Position numbers and translations under genes: made by a program. Source: an uncultured Gemmatimonadales bacterium (lineage in GTDB: Bacteria > Gemmatimonadota > Gemmatimonadetes > Longimicrobiales > Gaopeijiaceae). Taken from it: a stretch of 64,000 nt of DNA. The DNA lies in contig CAWGKG010000004.1 of NCBI GenBank assembly GCA_963823035.1, positions 128,001 to 192,000 of the forward strand, read 5' to 3'. The notes beneath the pieces were generated by a model. It made no database searches and was not told where the DNA came from. It saw nothing but the letters and a program-made list of their open reading frames with translations. Positions 21,876 to 32,236 of the stretch are shown one piece after another (within the stretch, counting starts at the first letter, position 1; each line of letters opens with the position of its first letter).

Positions 21876-22359
21876 TCACCCCCGCGGATGGATCGTCAGC
21901 GTTCCGGCCGTGGCATCGTAGTCGATCGGATACGTGCGCAGGGCGGAGGTACGGGTCCCCCCCGTCCAGTGCCCGTCGTCGGCGAAGCGCGCTCCGTGGA
22001 TGGGGCACACGAACTCGCTGCCGGTCCACTGGACGGTCCCTCCCTGATGCGTGCAGATGAGGGAGAGCGCGGTGTAGCTGCCACCGCCGAGGTTGGCCAC
22101 GGCCACCGGCGGGCTCACGCCGGAGAGGCGGGCGACGCCGCCCGCCTGCCCCAGGGCCGGGTAGTCCGCCAGGTTCACGGTCACGTCCGAGTTGATGGAC
22201 GGTCCCGTGAGCGAGTCCGTGACGCTGCACGCCCCCGCGCCGGCCAGGAGGGCCAGCGCGGCGAGGCGCACGCTCTGCTCGAAGAACCCCCGCCGGTCGA
22301 TGCGTGTCGCCGTCGTCGAGCATGGGGAGGGGAAGGCGGGGGGAGAGGGCGGGATCCAT
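21876..22359 (-). CDS. Tat-exported Rieske [2Fe-2S] lipoprotein; frameshift in the leader
   Basis: IDRRGFF twin-arginine, AGAC lipobox, CTHQG and CPIHGARF ligand motifs; ATG 22359 with GGAG RBS is out of frame across G/C runs. Confidence 0.85.
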
Positions 22360-22391
22360 GGTGGTCTCCGTGCTGCGGCTTCGGGGAGGCT

Positions 22392-22931
22392 TCAGGGGGT
22401 CTGGACCGCGGCGGAGGTCCAACCCGCCGGGTCGTCGTCGCTGTGGTATACGGTGTCCGGATCGACCACCACCTCGCTCCCTTCGAGCGAGATGCCGAGG
22501 CGGTCCATGTTGCGGGTCGCCCGGCCCTTCTTGTACACGCCGGTGGGCGAGTACTCCGAGTGGTGCTTGGTGCATTGGAAGATCCCGTCGTCCTCGCGCC
22601 AGCGGAGGAGGGACCGCTGGTGGGGGCAGGAGAGCGCGAAGGCGGCGACGGTGCCCTGGTAGCGCACGAGGATCACCTCGTTGCCCCGGTCCACGTCCAC
22701 GCCGTCCGCGGTGGGCAGCGGGTAGCGGAGGGGTCCACCCGAGCCGGCGGCGCGGATCCAGCGGATGGGGGTCGCGCCCGCCACCGAGGCGGGGAGGACT
22801 GCCGCGACGGCCGCGGCCACCGCCGCGCCCATGCCCACCCTGAAGAACTCGCGCCGGCTCGGGCAGGAGCCGCATCCCTCGCACTCGGTGCCGGTCGTCG
22901 TCCCGACGGTGGTCAGCTTCATTTCGCTCAT
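22392..22931 (-). CDS. Tat-exported Rieske [2Fe-2S] protein
   Basis: SRREFF twin-arginine signal, CPHQ and CTKHHSEY ligand motifs. Confidence 0.85.
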   Translation of the reverse strand: MSEMKLTTVGTTTGTECEGCGSCPSRREFFRVGMGAAVAAAVAAVLPASVAGATPIRWIRAAGSGGPLRYPLPTADGVDVDRGNEVILVRYQGTVAAFALSCPHQRSLLRWREDDGIFQCTKHHSEYSPTGVYKKGRATRNMDRLGISLEGSEVVVDPDTVYHSDDDPAGWTSAAVQTP

Positions 22932-22968
22932 ATCGGTTCTGCGGCCAGGTCGATCGCTCGCCGGCCGC

Positions 22969-23469
22969 TCATGCGTACATGGTGATGGCGACGCCGCCGA
23001 GTACGGAAAGCCCCCACAGCCCAGCGCTGCGGACGGCGGCGCGGCGCAGTCCGCGGAAGGCGCCGTCGCTCGTGGGGTCGGCCAGCAGCCGCTCCCCGGA
23101 GCGCTTCAACGTCAGGCCGTTGGCGAGGAGGAGGAGCACCGTGACCATCTTCGCCCAGTAGATCCACGAGACCAGGAAGACCGTCGGGTCGGCCAGGGTG
23201 AGCGCGACGCCGCTCGTGAGCACGACCATGAGTCCGAGGATGACGGCGTTGTGGGACTGGTGCAGCTCCCTGGCGAGGTCGCCGCGCTCGAGCCCCTTGG
23301 CGCGCGCGGTGCGAAACACGGCGCGGTCGAGCGTGAAGGCCAGCCCCCCGGCCGCGACCATCCCTCCGAGGTGGAGGAACATGACGGTGGTCTCGATGCC
23401 GGCCGAGGAGCCGTAGAAGTCGACCCACGGCTGGGCGACCTGGGCGATGGCGTCCAGCAGGTGCTGCAT
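22969..23469 (-). CDS. Four-TM membrane protein (DUF2214/DUF6644/CopD/HemJ-like)
   Basis: GGAGG RBS; start overlaps the upstream stop; FLHLGG in TM1, LTSG and YWAKM motifs. Confidence 0.7.
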   Translation of the reverse strand: MQHLLDAIAQVAQPWVDFYGSSAGIETTVMFLHLGGMVAAGGLAFTLDRAVFRTARAKGLERGDLARELHQSHNAVILGLMVVLTSGVALTLADPTVFLVSWIYWAKMVTVLLLLANGLTLKRSGERLLADPTSDGAFRGLRRAAVRSAGLWGLSVLGGVAITMYA

Positions 23470-24125
23470 CAGTTCCTCCCGAAGATCGGAAGCATGATCG
23501 CGTAGCTCAGGAGGGCCGTGCCCATCGAGGCGATCGCGATGTTGCGGTGGTTCTTGTTCGTCACGGGTCCCTGGTAGCCGCCATGCTCGTTCTCGCTCTC
23601 CTTCGCGGTCATGCCGGTGGCCACGAAGCCGGCGTCCGCCAGGAGCATGAGCACCGAGTGCAGCGTGCGTCGGTTGCGTCCCTCCGGGTCCTTCCGCGCC
23701 TCGATCAGGTTCAGCCCGCCCGTGATCGTGTTGACCGCGAAGAGGCCGGCCACGCTGGCGGCGAGCACGCCGTGGACGCCGCGCAGGCTGCCGTCGCCGT
23801 TCTGGAGCTTCTGCCCCACGACGTACTGGCCCGCGAAGAGCGGCAACGTGAGGTAGCTCGCCCACCGGTGGATGGTGAGGCGGGTGAAGTAGGCGTCGCT
23901 GTATTCGACGAGCTGCGGCGCGGGATCGTCGTCCGCCGGCGCGCCGATGGAGATGCGTGACGGTTCGACGAGGGAGAACCCTCCCGCCGCGACGGGAACA
24001 GGGCTCGTCAGGGATACGTGAGAGGCCGTAGGCCTGAAGAGCGACGCGGACGGGAGGGTGTCGCGTGCTGGAACGAGGCTCGGGCCCTGCACGAGGGCGC
24101 CGAGGAGTGCCAGGGTGAACAGCAT
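23469..24125 (-). CDS. Hypothetical membrane protein with four His-led helices (putative di-haem cytochrome b561-like)
   Basis: GGAGG RBS; N-terminal leader, then helices starting TIHRW, GVHGV, TLHSV and KNHRN. Confidence 0.65.
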   Translation of the reverse strand: MLFTLALLGALVQGPSLVPARDTLPSASLFRPTASHVSLTSPVPVAAGGFSLVEPSRISIGAPADDDPAPQLVEYSDAYFTRLTIHRWASYLTLPLFAGQYVVGQKLQNGDGSLRGVHGVLAASVAGLFAVNTITGGLNLIEARKDPEGRNRRTLHSVLMLLADAGFVATGMTAKESENEHGGYQGPVTNKNHRNIAIASMGTALLSYAIMLPIFGRN

Positions 24126-24178
24126 GAGGTCGAGCCCTCCGGGATCACGAGCGTGATGGTACACGGATGATCCGGTGG

Positions 24179-24193
24179 GCAAGGCGCGGGCCA
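24179..24193 (-). promoter_or_regulatory. Sigma54 (-24/-12) promoter for the 24125-21876 operon
   Basis: Minus strand TGGCCC-GCGCC-TTGC versus consensus TGGCAC-N5-TTGC, exact GG-N10-GC spacing, ~54 nt before the ATG; AT-rich tract at 24210-24235 just upstream. Confidence 0.7.
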
Positions 24194-24433
24194 CGGCCCA
24201 CGCACCGGCTTAAGATCAAGAAATATAGTGGGTTACGGGATGCAGTGGGGGCGTCGATCCGGACGGGTGGCGCGCAAGCTACTGCGTGGTTGCGCGGCCG
24301 CTTGCACGCTGCGGAGCCCGCCTTGCTGCGGCGCCGCCGGCGAGGCAGGTTGACCCCCTGTGGGCTCGCCACCCTCCGCACACCCAGGGGGGGGCGCGAC
24401 GTTCCCAACCCCATCGACGACGAGGTTCGCTCC

Positions 24434-26122
24434 ATGGATTCCGACGCACCCGCCAGGGAAGGCCGCTCTCTCGACCGCCGCGACTTCGTGAGGGTGTCGG
24501 GGCTGGGGGCGGCCGCGCTCGCCGCCGGCTGCGCGCCGCCCCGGGAGGAGGCCACGCGCGTGGAGTCCGGGGCCCCCCGCGACGAGTGGTGGACGACGCA
24601 GCCGTTCGAGCTCGAGGAGCAGACGCTCGCGCAGCTCCGGGAGGGGATGGAGTCCGGGCGGTGGACGGCCGCCAGGATCGCCCAGCTGTACCTCGACCGC
24701 ATCGAGACTGGTCGACCGGAAGGGACCCATGCTGCGCGCGGTGATCGAGACCAACCCCGAGGCGCTGGACATCGCCACGCGCCTCGACGCCGAGCGACGG
24801 GACGGGACGGCGCGCGGCCCGGTGCACGGTGTGCCCATCCTGGTGAAGGACAACATCGACACGGCCGACCGCATGATGACCACGGCGGGCTCGCGGGCGC
24901 TCGAGGGGCACCACGCCGCCCAGGACAGCTTCGTCGCGAAGAAGCTCCGCGAAGCCGGCGCGATCATCCTCGGCAAGGCCAACCTCAGCGAGTGGGCGAA
25001 CTTCCGCTCCACGAGCTCCACCTCCGGATGGAGCGGGCGCGGAGGGCAGTGTGGCAACCCGTACGCGGTCGACCGGAATCCGTGCGGATCCTCGTCCGGG
25101 TCGGGCGCGGGCGTGTCGGCCAACTTCTGCGGCGCGGCCATCGGCACGGAGACCAACGGCTCGATCGTATGCCCGTCATCGATCAACGGAGTGGTGGGCA
25201 TCAAGCCGACCGTGGGCCTGGTCAGCCGCGCGGGCATCGTCCCCATCGCCCACTCGCAGGACACGGCCGGGCCGATGGCGCGGACGGTGGCCGACGCGGC
25301 CACCGTGCTCGGCGCCCTCACCGGCGCGGATCCGCGTGATCCGGCGACGGCCGACTCCGAAGGCCACGCGTACGAGGACTATCTCCAGTTCCTCGACGCC
25401 GACGGGCTCGGGGGGGCACGCATCGGCGTGGACCGCTCCACCTTCGGCGCGGACCCGAGGGTGGACGAGCTCATGGAGCAGGCGCTGCGCGTGATGGCCT
25501 CCGCCGGCGCGACGATCGTGGATCCGGCGGAGATCACGACGCGGCGCGAGGCGGGGCGCGCGTCGTACACGGTGCTGCTCTACGAGTTCAAGTCGGACCT
25601 GAACGCCTACCTGACGGAGCACGGCGACGCCGAACGGCATGGGCGTCGCTCGCCGACCTCATCGCCTTCAACCAGGCGGACCACGAGCGCGAGATGCCGT
25701 TCTTCGGCCAGGAGATCATGCTCCGCGCGCAGGAGCTGGGCGACCTGGATTCGGCGGAGTACCGCGACGCGCTCGCGACGATGCGTCGGCTCTCACGCGA
25801 CGAGGGCATCGACAAGGTGATGGAGGAGCATCGCCTGGACGCGCTCGTCGCGCCCACCACGCGCGCGGCATGGCTGACCGACCTGGTCAACCACGACGGC
25901 TCGAGCGCGGGCAGCTCGGGGGCGGCCGCCATCGCCGGATACCCCAGCATCACCGTGCCCAACGGGTACGTCATGGGGCTCCCGGTCGGCGTCCTCTTCT
26001 TCGGGCGCGCATGGAGCGAGCCGACGCTGATCCGGCTCGCCTACGCGTACGAGCAGCTCACGCGGCATCGCGTCGCGCCGAAGCTCCCGCGCACGCTCGG
26101 ATTGCGCGACGCCATCACGTAG
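24434..26122 (+). CDS. Tat-exported amidase (amidase signature family), frameshifts ~24710 and ~25640
   Basis: DRRDFVR signal, GVPILVKDNIDT, CGSSSGSG, IGTETNGSIVCP, AGYPSITVP. Confidence 0.92.
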
Positions 26123-26296
26123 GGAAAAGCCCTACACCAGGGCGTGGTCCCTCCCCGATGGCGGGGGCCCCGCCCCCTCGTAGCTTCGGAGCGTGGTCCC
26201 TGCCCGCCGCGCCCGTGGGGGAGGTGTCTCCGACGTCTCGGGATACCGACCGGGAGAGGGGTGCGGCCGTCATCCATCGCACAGCGAGAGTGAGCC

Positions 26297-27646
<1,350 letters not shown>

Positions 27647-27648
27647 CC

Positions 27649-29187
27649 ATGAAGACCTTCGCACTCGTTGCCGCCCTCGGGATCGCGGTCGGCGTGGCGC
27701 CGGCCTGCACGGGCGACGGATCCTCGCCGAAAGGAACCCTGACGCTCGCCGAGCCCGGCTCGCCCTTCGTCGCCGTCGACGTGTGGGTGGAGGCGGGCTC
27801 GCAGAACGACCCCGCCGGGAAGGAGGGGTTGGCCTACCTGACGGCACAACTCCTGTCGGACGGCGCGACCCAGCAGGACAGCTACCAGGCCATCCTGGAG
27901 AAGCTCTATCCCATGGCCGCCGGCTACGGCGCGTCCGTGGACAAGGAGATGACGGTCTTCCAGGGCGTGGTGCACGTGGACAACCTGGAGGCCTGGTACG
28001 ACCTCTTCCGCAACGCCCTCCTGAGCCCGGCCTTCTCGGAGGACGACTTCAACCGGGTGAAGGCGCAACTGCTCAACTACGTCGAGCGCGGGCGCCGCTT
28101 CAACCGCGACGAGGAGCTGTCGAAGGAGCTCCTCTACTGGATGGCGTACCAGGGCACACCCTACGCGCACCCTGTGGAGGGGTACGTGGAATCGGTGCGC
28201 TCGATCACGCTCGACGACGTCCGGGACTTCTACGCCCGCTTCTACGCGCGCAACAACGTGGTCGTGGCGGTCGGGGGCGGCTATCCCGACGGCTTCGTGG
28301 AGCGCGTGCGCGCGGACATGGACGGCCTTCCCGAGGTCACCGTGCAGCCCGTGGAGGCGTCGCGGCCCGCCATGCCCGACGGCGTGAAGGTCCTCATCGT
28401 CGAGAAGCAGACCGACGCGTCGTCGATCTCGATGGGCTTCCCGATCCCGCTGCTGCGCGGAGACTCCGACTTCATCGCGATGAGCCTGGTGAACGCCTGG
28501 TTCGGCGAGCACCGCAGCTCCTTCAGCCACCTCTACCAGGTCATCCGCGAGAAACGCGGGATGAACTACGGGGACTACAGCTACATCGAGCCCTTCCCCC
28601 GTGGCTACGCCACGCAGCAACGCCCCGTGAACTACGGGCGGCGCAGCAACCTCTTCGAGATCTGGATCCGACCGATCTCGGGGACGGGCCCGGACGACCT
28701 GCACGACCGCACGCTGTTCGCGACGCGGGCGGCGTGGCGCGAGCTGGATGCCCTGGTGAAGAACGGGTTGCCGGCGGACCAGGTCGAGCGCGCGCGCCTG
28801 TACCTGCACAACTTCTCCGTCACGTACGGCTCCACGGTGTCGCGGCGCCTGGCGTTCCGGATCGACGACGCCTACTTCGGGCTGCCCGATCCCGGTTATC
28901 TGGCTTCGATCCGCCCCGGGCTCGCGGCGCTGACGCCCGCATCGGTGAAGGCGGCGATCGACCGCAACCTGCAGAGCACGGACATGTGGGTGGTGTTCGT
29001 GACCGCGGACGCGGAGGCCTTGGCGGCCAAGCTGTTGTCGGGGGAGCCGACGTACATCCGCTACCAGGGTGAGCAGCCGCCCGAGATCGTCTCCGAGGAC
29101 GAGGCGATCGCGAGCTTCCCGATCCCCCTCACGGCGGACGATATCACGATCGTTCCGGTGCAGGAGGTCTTCGAGCGCGGTAGCTGA
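27649..29187 (+). CDS. M16B peptidase, non-catalytic partner subunit
   Basis: AGSQNDPAGKEGLAYLTAQLL lacks HxxEH; LYQVIREKRGMNYG (R/Y motif); starts 2 nt after the previous gene. Confidence 0.9.
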   Translation: MKTFALVAALGIAVGVAPACTGDGSSPKGTLTLAEPGSPFVAVDVWVEAGSQNDPAGKEGLAYLTAQLLSDGATQQDSYQAILEKLYPMAAGYGASVDKEMTVFQGVVHVDNLEAWYDLFRNALLSPAFSEDDFNRVKAQLLNYVERGRRFNRDEELSKELLYWMAYQGTPYAHPVEGYVESVRSITLDDVRDFYARFYARNNVVVAVGGGYPDGFVERVRADMDGLPEVTVQPVEASRPAMPDGVKVLIVEKQTDASSISMGFPIPLLRGDSDFIAMSLVNAWFGEHRSSFSHLYQVIREKRGMNYGDYSYIEPFPRGYATQQRPVNYGRRSNLFEIWIRPISGTGPDDLHDRTLFATRAAWRELDALVKNGLPADQVERARLYLHNFSVTYGSTVSRRLAFRIDDAYFGLPDPGYLASIRPGLAALTPASVKAAIDRNLQSTDMWVVFVTADAEALAAKLLSGEPTYIRYQGEQPPEIVSEDEAIASFPIPLTADDITIVPVQEVFERGS

Positions 29188-29191
29188 GGAC

Positions 29192-29221
29192 ATGGGGGGG
29201 CGTCGCTCGGCGCCCCCCCAT
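29192..29221 (+). terminator. Strong hairpin after the M16 operon
   Basis: ATGGGGGGGCG..CGCCCCCCCAT 11-bp perfect stem 5 nt after the stop; no U tract. Confidence 0.5.
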
Positions 29222-29280
29222 CGCCTCGCGGTCGTTTCCGAGGCGCTGACAAGCACGCGCGCCCCGACGATATTGCGCGC

Positions 29281-29730
29281 GTGAAGAAAACGATCCTCGT
29301 CTACGGCATCCTGGGCGGCGTCCTGGTCGCGGTGCTCCAGCTCATCGAGTACCGCTTTCTCGTCGTCGAGCACTCCATGGAGATCTACGGGGGGCTGATC
29401 GCGCTCGTCTTCTCCATGGTGGGCATCTGGCTCGGCCTCAAGCTCACGCGCACGAAGGAGACCGTCGTCGTGCGCGAGGTGCCCGTCCCGGTGCCATCCC
29501 AACCCTTCGCGCCGGACGCGGACAGGCTGGCGGAGCTCGGCATCACGCCCCGGGAGCACGAGATCCTCCAGCTGATCGCCGAGGGGCTGAGCAACCGCGA
29601 GATCGCCGAGCGGCTGTTCGTGAGCGAGAACACCGTCAAGACGCACTCCAGCCGGCTGTTCACCAAGCTGGGCGCCAGGCGACGCACGCACGCCGTGTCG
29701 ATCGCGAAGGAGTCCGGGATCCTCCCCTGA
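29281..29730 (+). CDS. Membrane-anchored LuxR-family transcriptional regulator
   Basis: Two N-terminal TMs plus ITPREHEILQLIAEGLSNREIAERLFVSENTVKTH. Confidence 0.9.
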   Translation: MKKTILVYGILGGVLVAVLQLIEYRFLVVEHSMEIYGGLIALVFSMVGIWLGLKLTRTKETVVVREVPVPVPSQPFAPDADRLAELGITPREHEILQLIAEGLSNREIAERLFVSENTVKTHSSRLFTKLGARRRTHAVSIAKESGILP

Positions 29731-29743
29731 GCGGCCTTTCCCG

Positions 29744-29798
29744 TCCCTCGAAAGGGTGATCTTCGCCGGAGAGTGCGCGGAATCATCCTTTCGGGTGA
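29744..29798. promoter_or_regulatory. Pair of TCMYYC-N4-GGGTGA boxes, putative LuxR operators
   Basis: TCCCTC-GAAA-GGGTGA (29744-29759) and TCATCC-TTTC-GGGTGA (29783-29798) between the LuxR and DUF4199 genes. Confidence 0.5.
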
Positions 29799-29872
29799 CG
29801 CGCCGACGGCGGATTGGAGCCAGGCTTCGCCCGTACGTTGGAGCGGAAACCCAAGACCGGAGCGCCAGGCCC

Positions 29873-30418
29873 ATGAAGAGAACCGTGTGGACGTTCGGGT
29901 TGATCGCCGGCGGCATCCTGTCGGCCATGATGCTGCTGGTGCTGCCGTTCCAGGACGCCATCGGCTTCGACCGCGGCGCGGTGGTCGGCTACACCACGAT
30001 GGTTCTCGCCTTCCTCCTCGTGCACTTCGGGATCCGGTCCTACCGCGACACGGTCGCCGGCGGCTCCGTCGGCTTCGGACGGGCGTTCGTGGTGGGCGCG
30101 CTCATCGTGGTGGTGGCCTCCGTGTGCTACACGGCCACGTGGGAGGTGGTCTACTTCAAGCTCGCGCCCGACTTCACGGAGAAGTACCAGGCGTACGAGG
30201 TGGAGAAGGCGCGGGAGCGCGGCGCAAGCCAGGCGGCGATCGACGCACGCGTGGCCGAGGTGGAGAAGTTCGGGGCGATGTACGACAACCCCTTCTACAA
30301 CGCGGCGATCACCTTCACCGAGCCGCTGCCCGTGGGGCTCCTCATCGCGCTCGTTTCGGCCGGCGTGCTGCGCCGCAGGCGGAAGGACCCGTCGGCGGGG
30401 GTGACGACGCCGACGTAG
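29873..30418 (+). CDS. DUF4199-family membrane protein
   Basis: FGLIAGGI, VGYTTMVLAF, FGIRSYRD..VGFGRAF, FTEPLPVGLLIALVSA. Confidence 0.85.
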   Translation: MKRTVWTFGLIAGGILSAMMLLVLPFQDAIGFDRGAVVGYTTMVLAFLLVHFGIRSYRDTVAGGSVGFGRAFVVGALIVVVASVCYTATWEVVYFKLAPDFTEKYQAYEVEKARERGASQAAIDARVAEVEKFGAMYDNPFYNAAITFTEPLPVGLLIALVSAGVLRRRRKDPSAGVTTPT

Positions 30419-30423
30419 CTCGC

Positions 30424-32080
30424 CTAGAATCGCGACGCGGTGATCCAGTGGTCGGCGCGGGCCCACGCGACCTCGAACTCCGCGTGGACCGCGTCGGCCT
30501 CCGGCGCCCGGCCCTGGGCGCGTAGCGCCCCCTCCAGCCCGAGGAGCGACCACCCGTTGTGCGGGTGGTCGTCCAGCGAGGCGTGGTACACGACCTCCGC
30601 CTCCTCGGGACGTCCCGCGTCCAGGAGCGTCGCTCCCAGCCAGTGGCGGGCCGTGAAGTTGAGCGGTTCGGGCTCGTCGTAGCCGAACGTGTCCTCGAGC
30701 CGCACGGCCTCGCGTTGGACGCGGATCGCCCCTTCGAGGTCTCCCTCGTCCCGCAGGATCTCTCCCTCCAGGATGCCCGTCACCACGCCGAGGAGGTCGC
30801 TCGCCGAATGGCCCCGGAACACGGCGTCGGGGTCGGCTTCGACCGCCGCCTTCACCGCCTCGAGGGAGGCGCGCGCGGCGGCCCGGTCGCCCGAGCGCAG
30901 CGACGCGTAGCCACGCCCGAAGTCCCAGAATCCGCGGAAGACCGTCCCCTCCGGCGCCGTGGGCAGGGCGAGGATCTCGTCGAAGCGGCCGAAGCGGAGG
31001 AGCGTGAGCACATGGTAGAACTGCCCGCCGTCCATGAGCTTGCCGTAGTCCTTCCCGGCCTGGATGGCGACGGCCCCCTGCCCGTCGTAGGAGGCGGCGA
31101 AGAGGAGCATGTGCAGGTTGTGGGAGGGATAGATCGCGAAGCCCTGTCCCTGCGCGGCCTTCTGGTCCGAGTGCCAAGCCTCGATGTTGGCGCGCACCGC
31201 GTCGCCCCACCGCCCCACGCGGTTGTAGGTGTGCGACGGCATGTGGTTGATGTGGCTGGCGCCCGGGATGGCCCGACCGAGGAGGTCGGCGCAGGCCTCG
31301 GCGCGCTCGGGCTCCGTCGACATCTCCGTCGCGTGTACGTACAGGTGGCACGCGCCGGGGTGCGTGATGTCCTTCGCCAGCACGCCTTCGAGGACGCCCA
31401 TGATCCGCTGGATGGCCGGATCCCCCAGGTCGTAGGGTCCCCGCCGCGGCTGCAGCAGCATGAGCGACTCGGCGTAGAGCGTGGCCACGTCCGCGTCGTC
31501 CGGGAAGTGGGCGTGCACCTCGGCGATCGTCTCGGCCCAGAGCGAGTCCAGGTGCTTGCGCCGGTCGGCGTCGTGCGTGGGCTCGTAGCGAACGGCCATC
31601 GCCTCGATGACCGCGCGCTCCACGGGCGTCGTGTGCCCGGGGGCGAGCTCCCGGGCGCGCTGGATCGCCGTGTACGCACGTGGCGCGTCGGCCTCGCCCA
31701 TCCCGCCGTTCAGGTACGGCCCCCACGCCCAGGCTTCGCCGAGCCAGCACATCGCGCAGGTCGGATCGAGCGTCTCGGCCTCGCGGAAGGAGCGTGCGGC
31801 GTCCGGGGGCGTGAAGGCATACAGGAGCTGGATCCCCTGGTCGAAGTAGGCCTGTGCCTCCGGGGACGCCGTCGTCACCGGACGGCTGAACGGGCCCAAC
31901 GCGACCCGGGTCAACGGCATGGGGTCGTCGAAGGCGGCCGGGTAGGAGGGCCGCGGAGCGCTCGCGCCCGGGGAGGTCTGGGCAGGGGCGCACGCCACGA
32001 CGAGGAGGAGCGCGGCGAGCGCCGCCGCGGGCGGGCCGGCCCGGAGGGCGAGGGTCGAGCGGAAGGTCGGTCGTCGGCAC
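30424..32080 (-). CDS. TPR-repeat lipoprotein (start uncertain, probable frameshift in the leader)
   Basis: VVAC lipobox, AQAYFDQG, DPTCAMCW, HPGACHLYVH, HINHMPSHTY, YDEPEP, HPHNGWSLLG. Confidence 0.85.
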
Positions 32081-32236
32081 GTCAGCGCTCCGGGAGGGTG
32101 GGGGGCCGGCTCGGGCGCCAATGTGCGCGCGGAACCCGCGCGGCGTCCACCCCGTCCGACCGTGCGCTCTGGCCGGAGCGTGCGCGCCGGCCCACGTTGC
32201 TGCCCGCCCCCGAACCCCTGCCCAGGAGGTCGTTCC

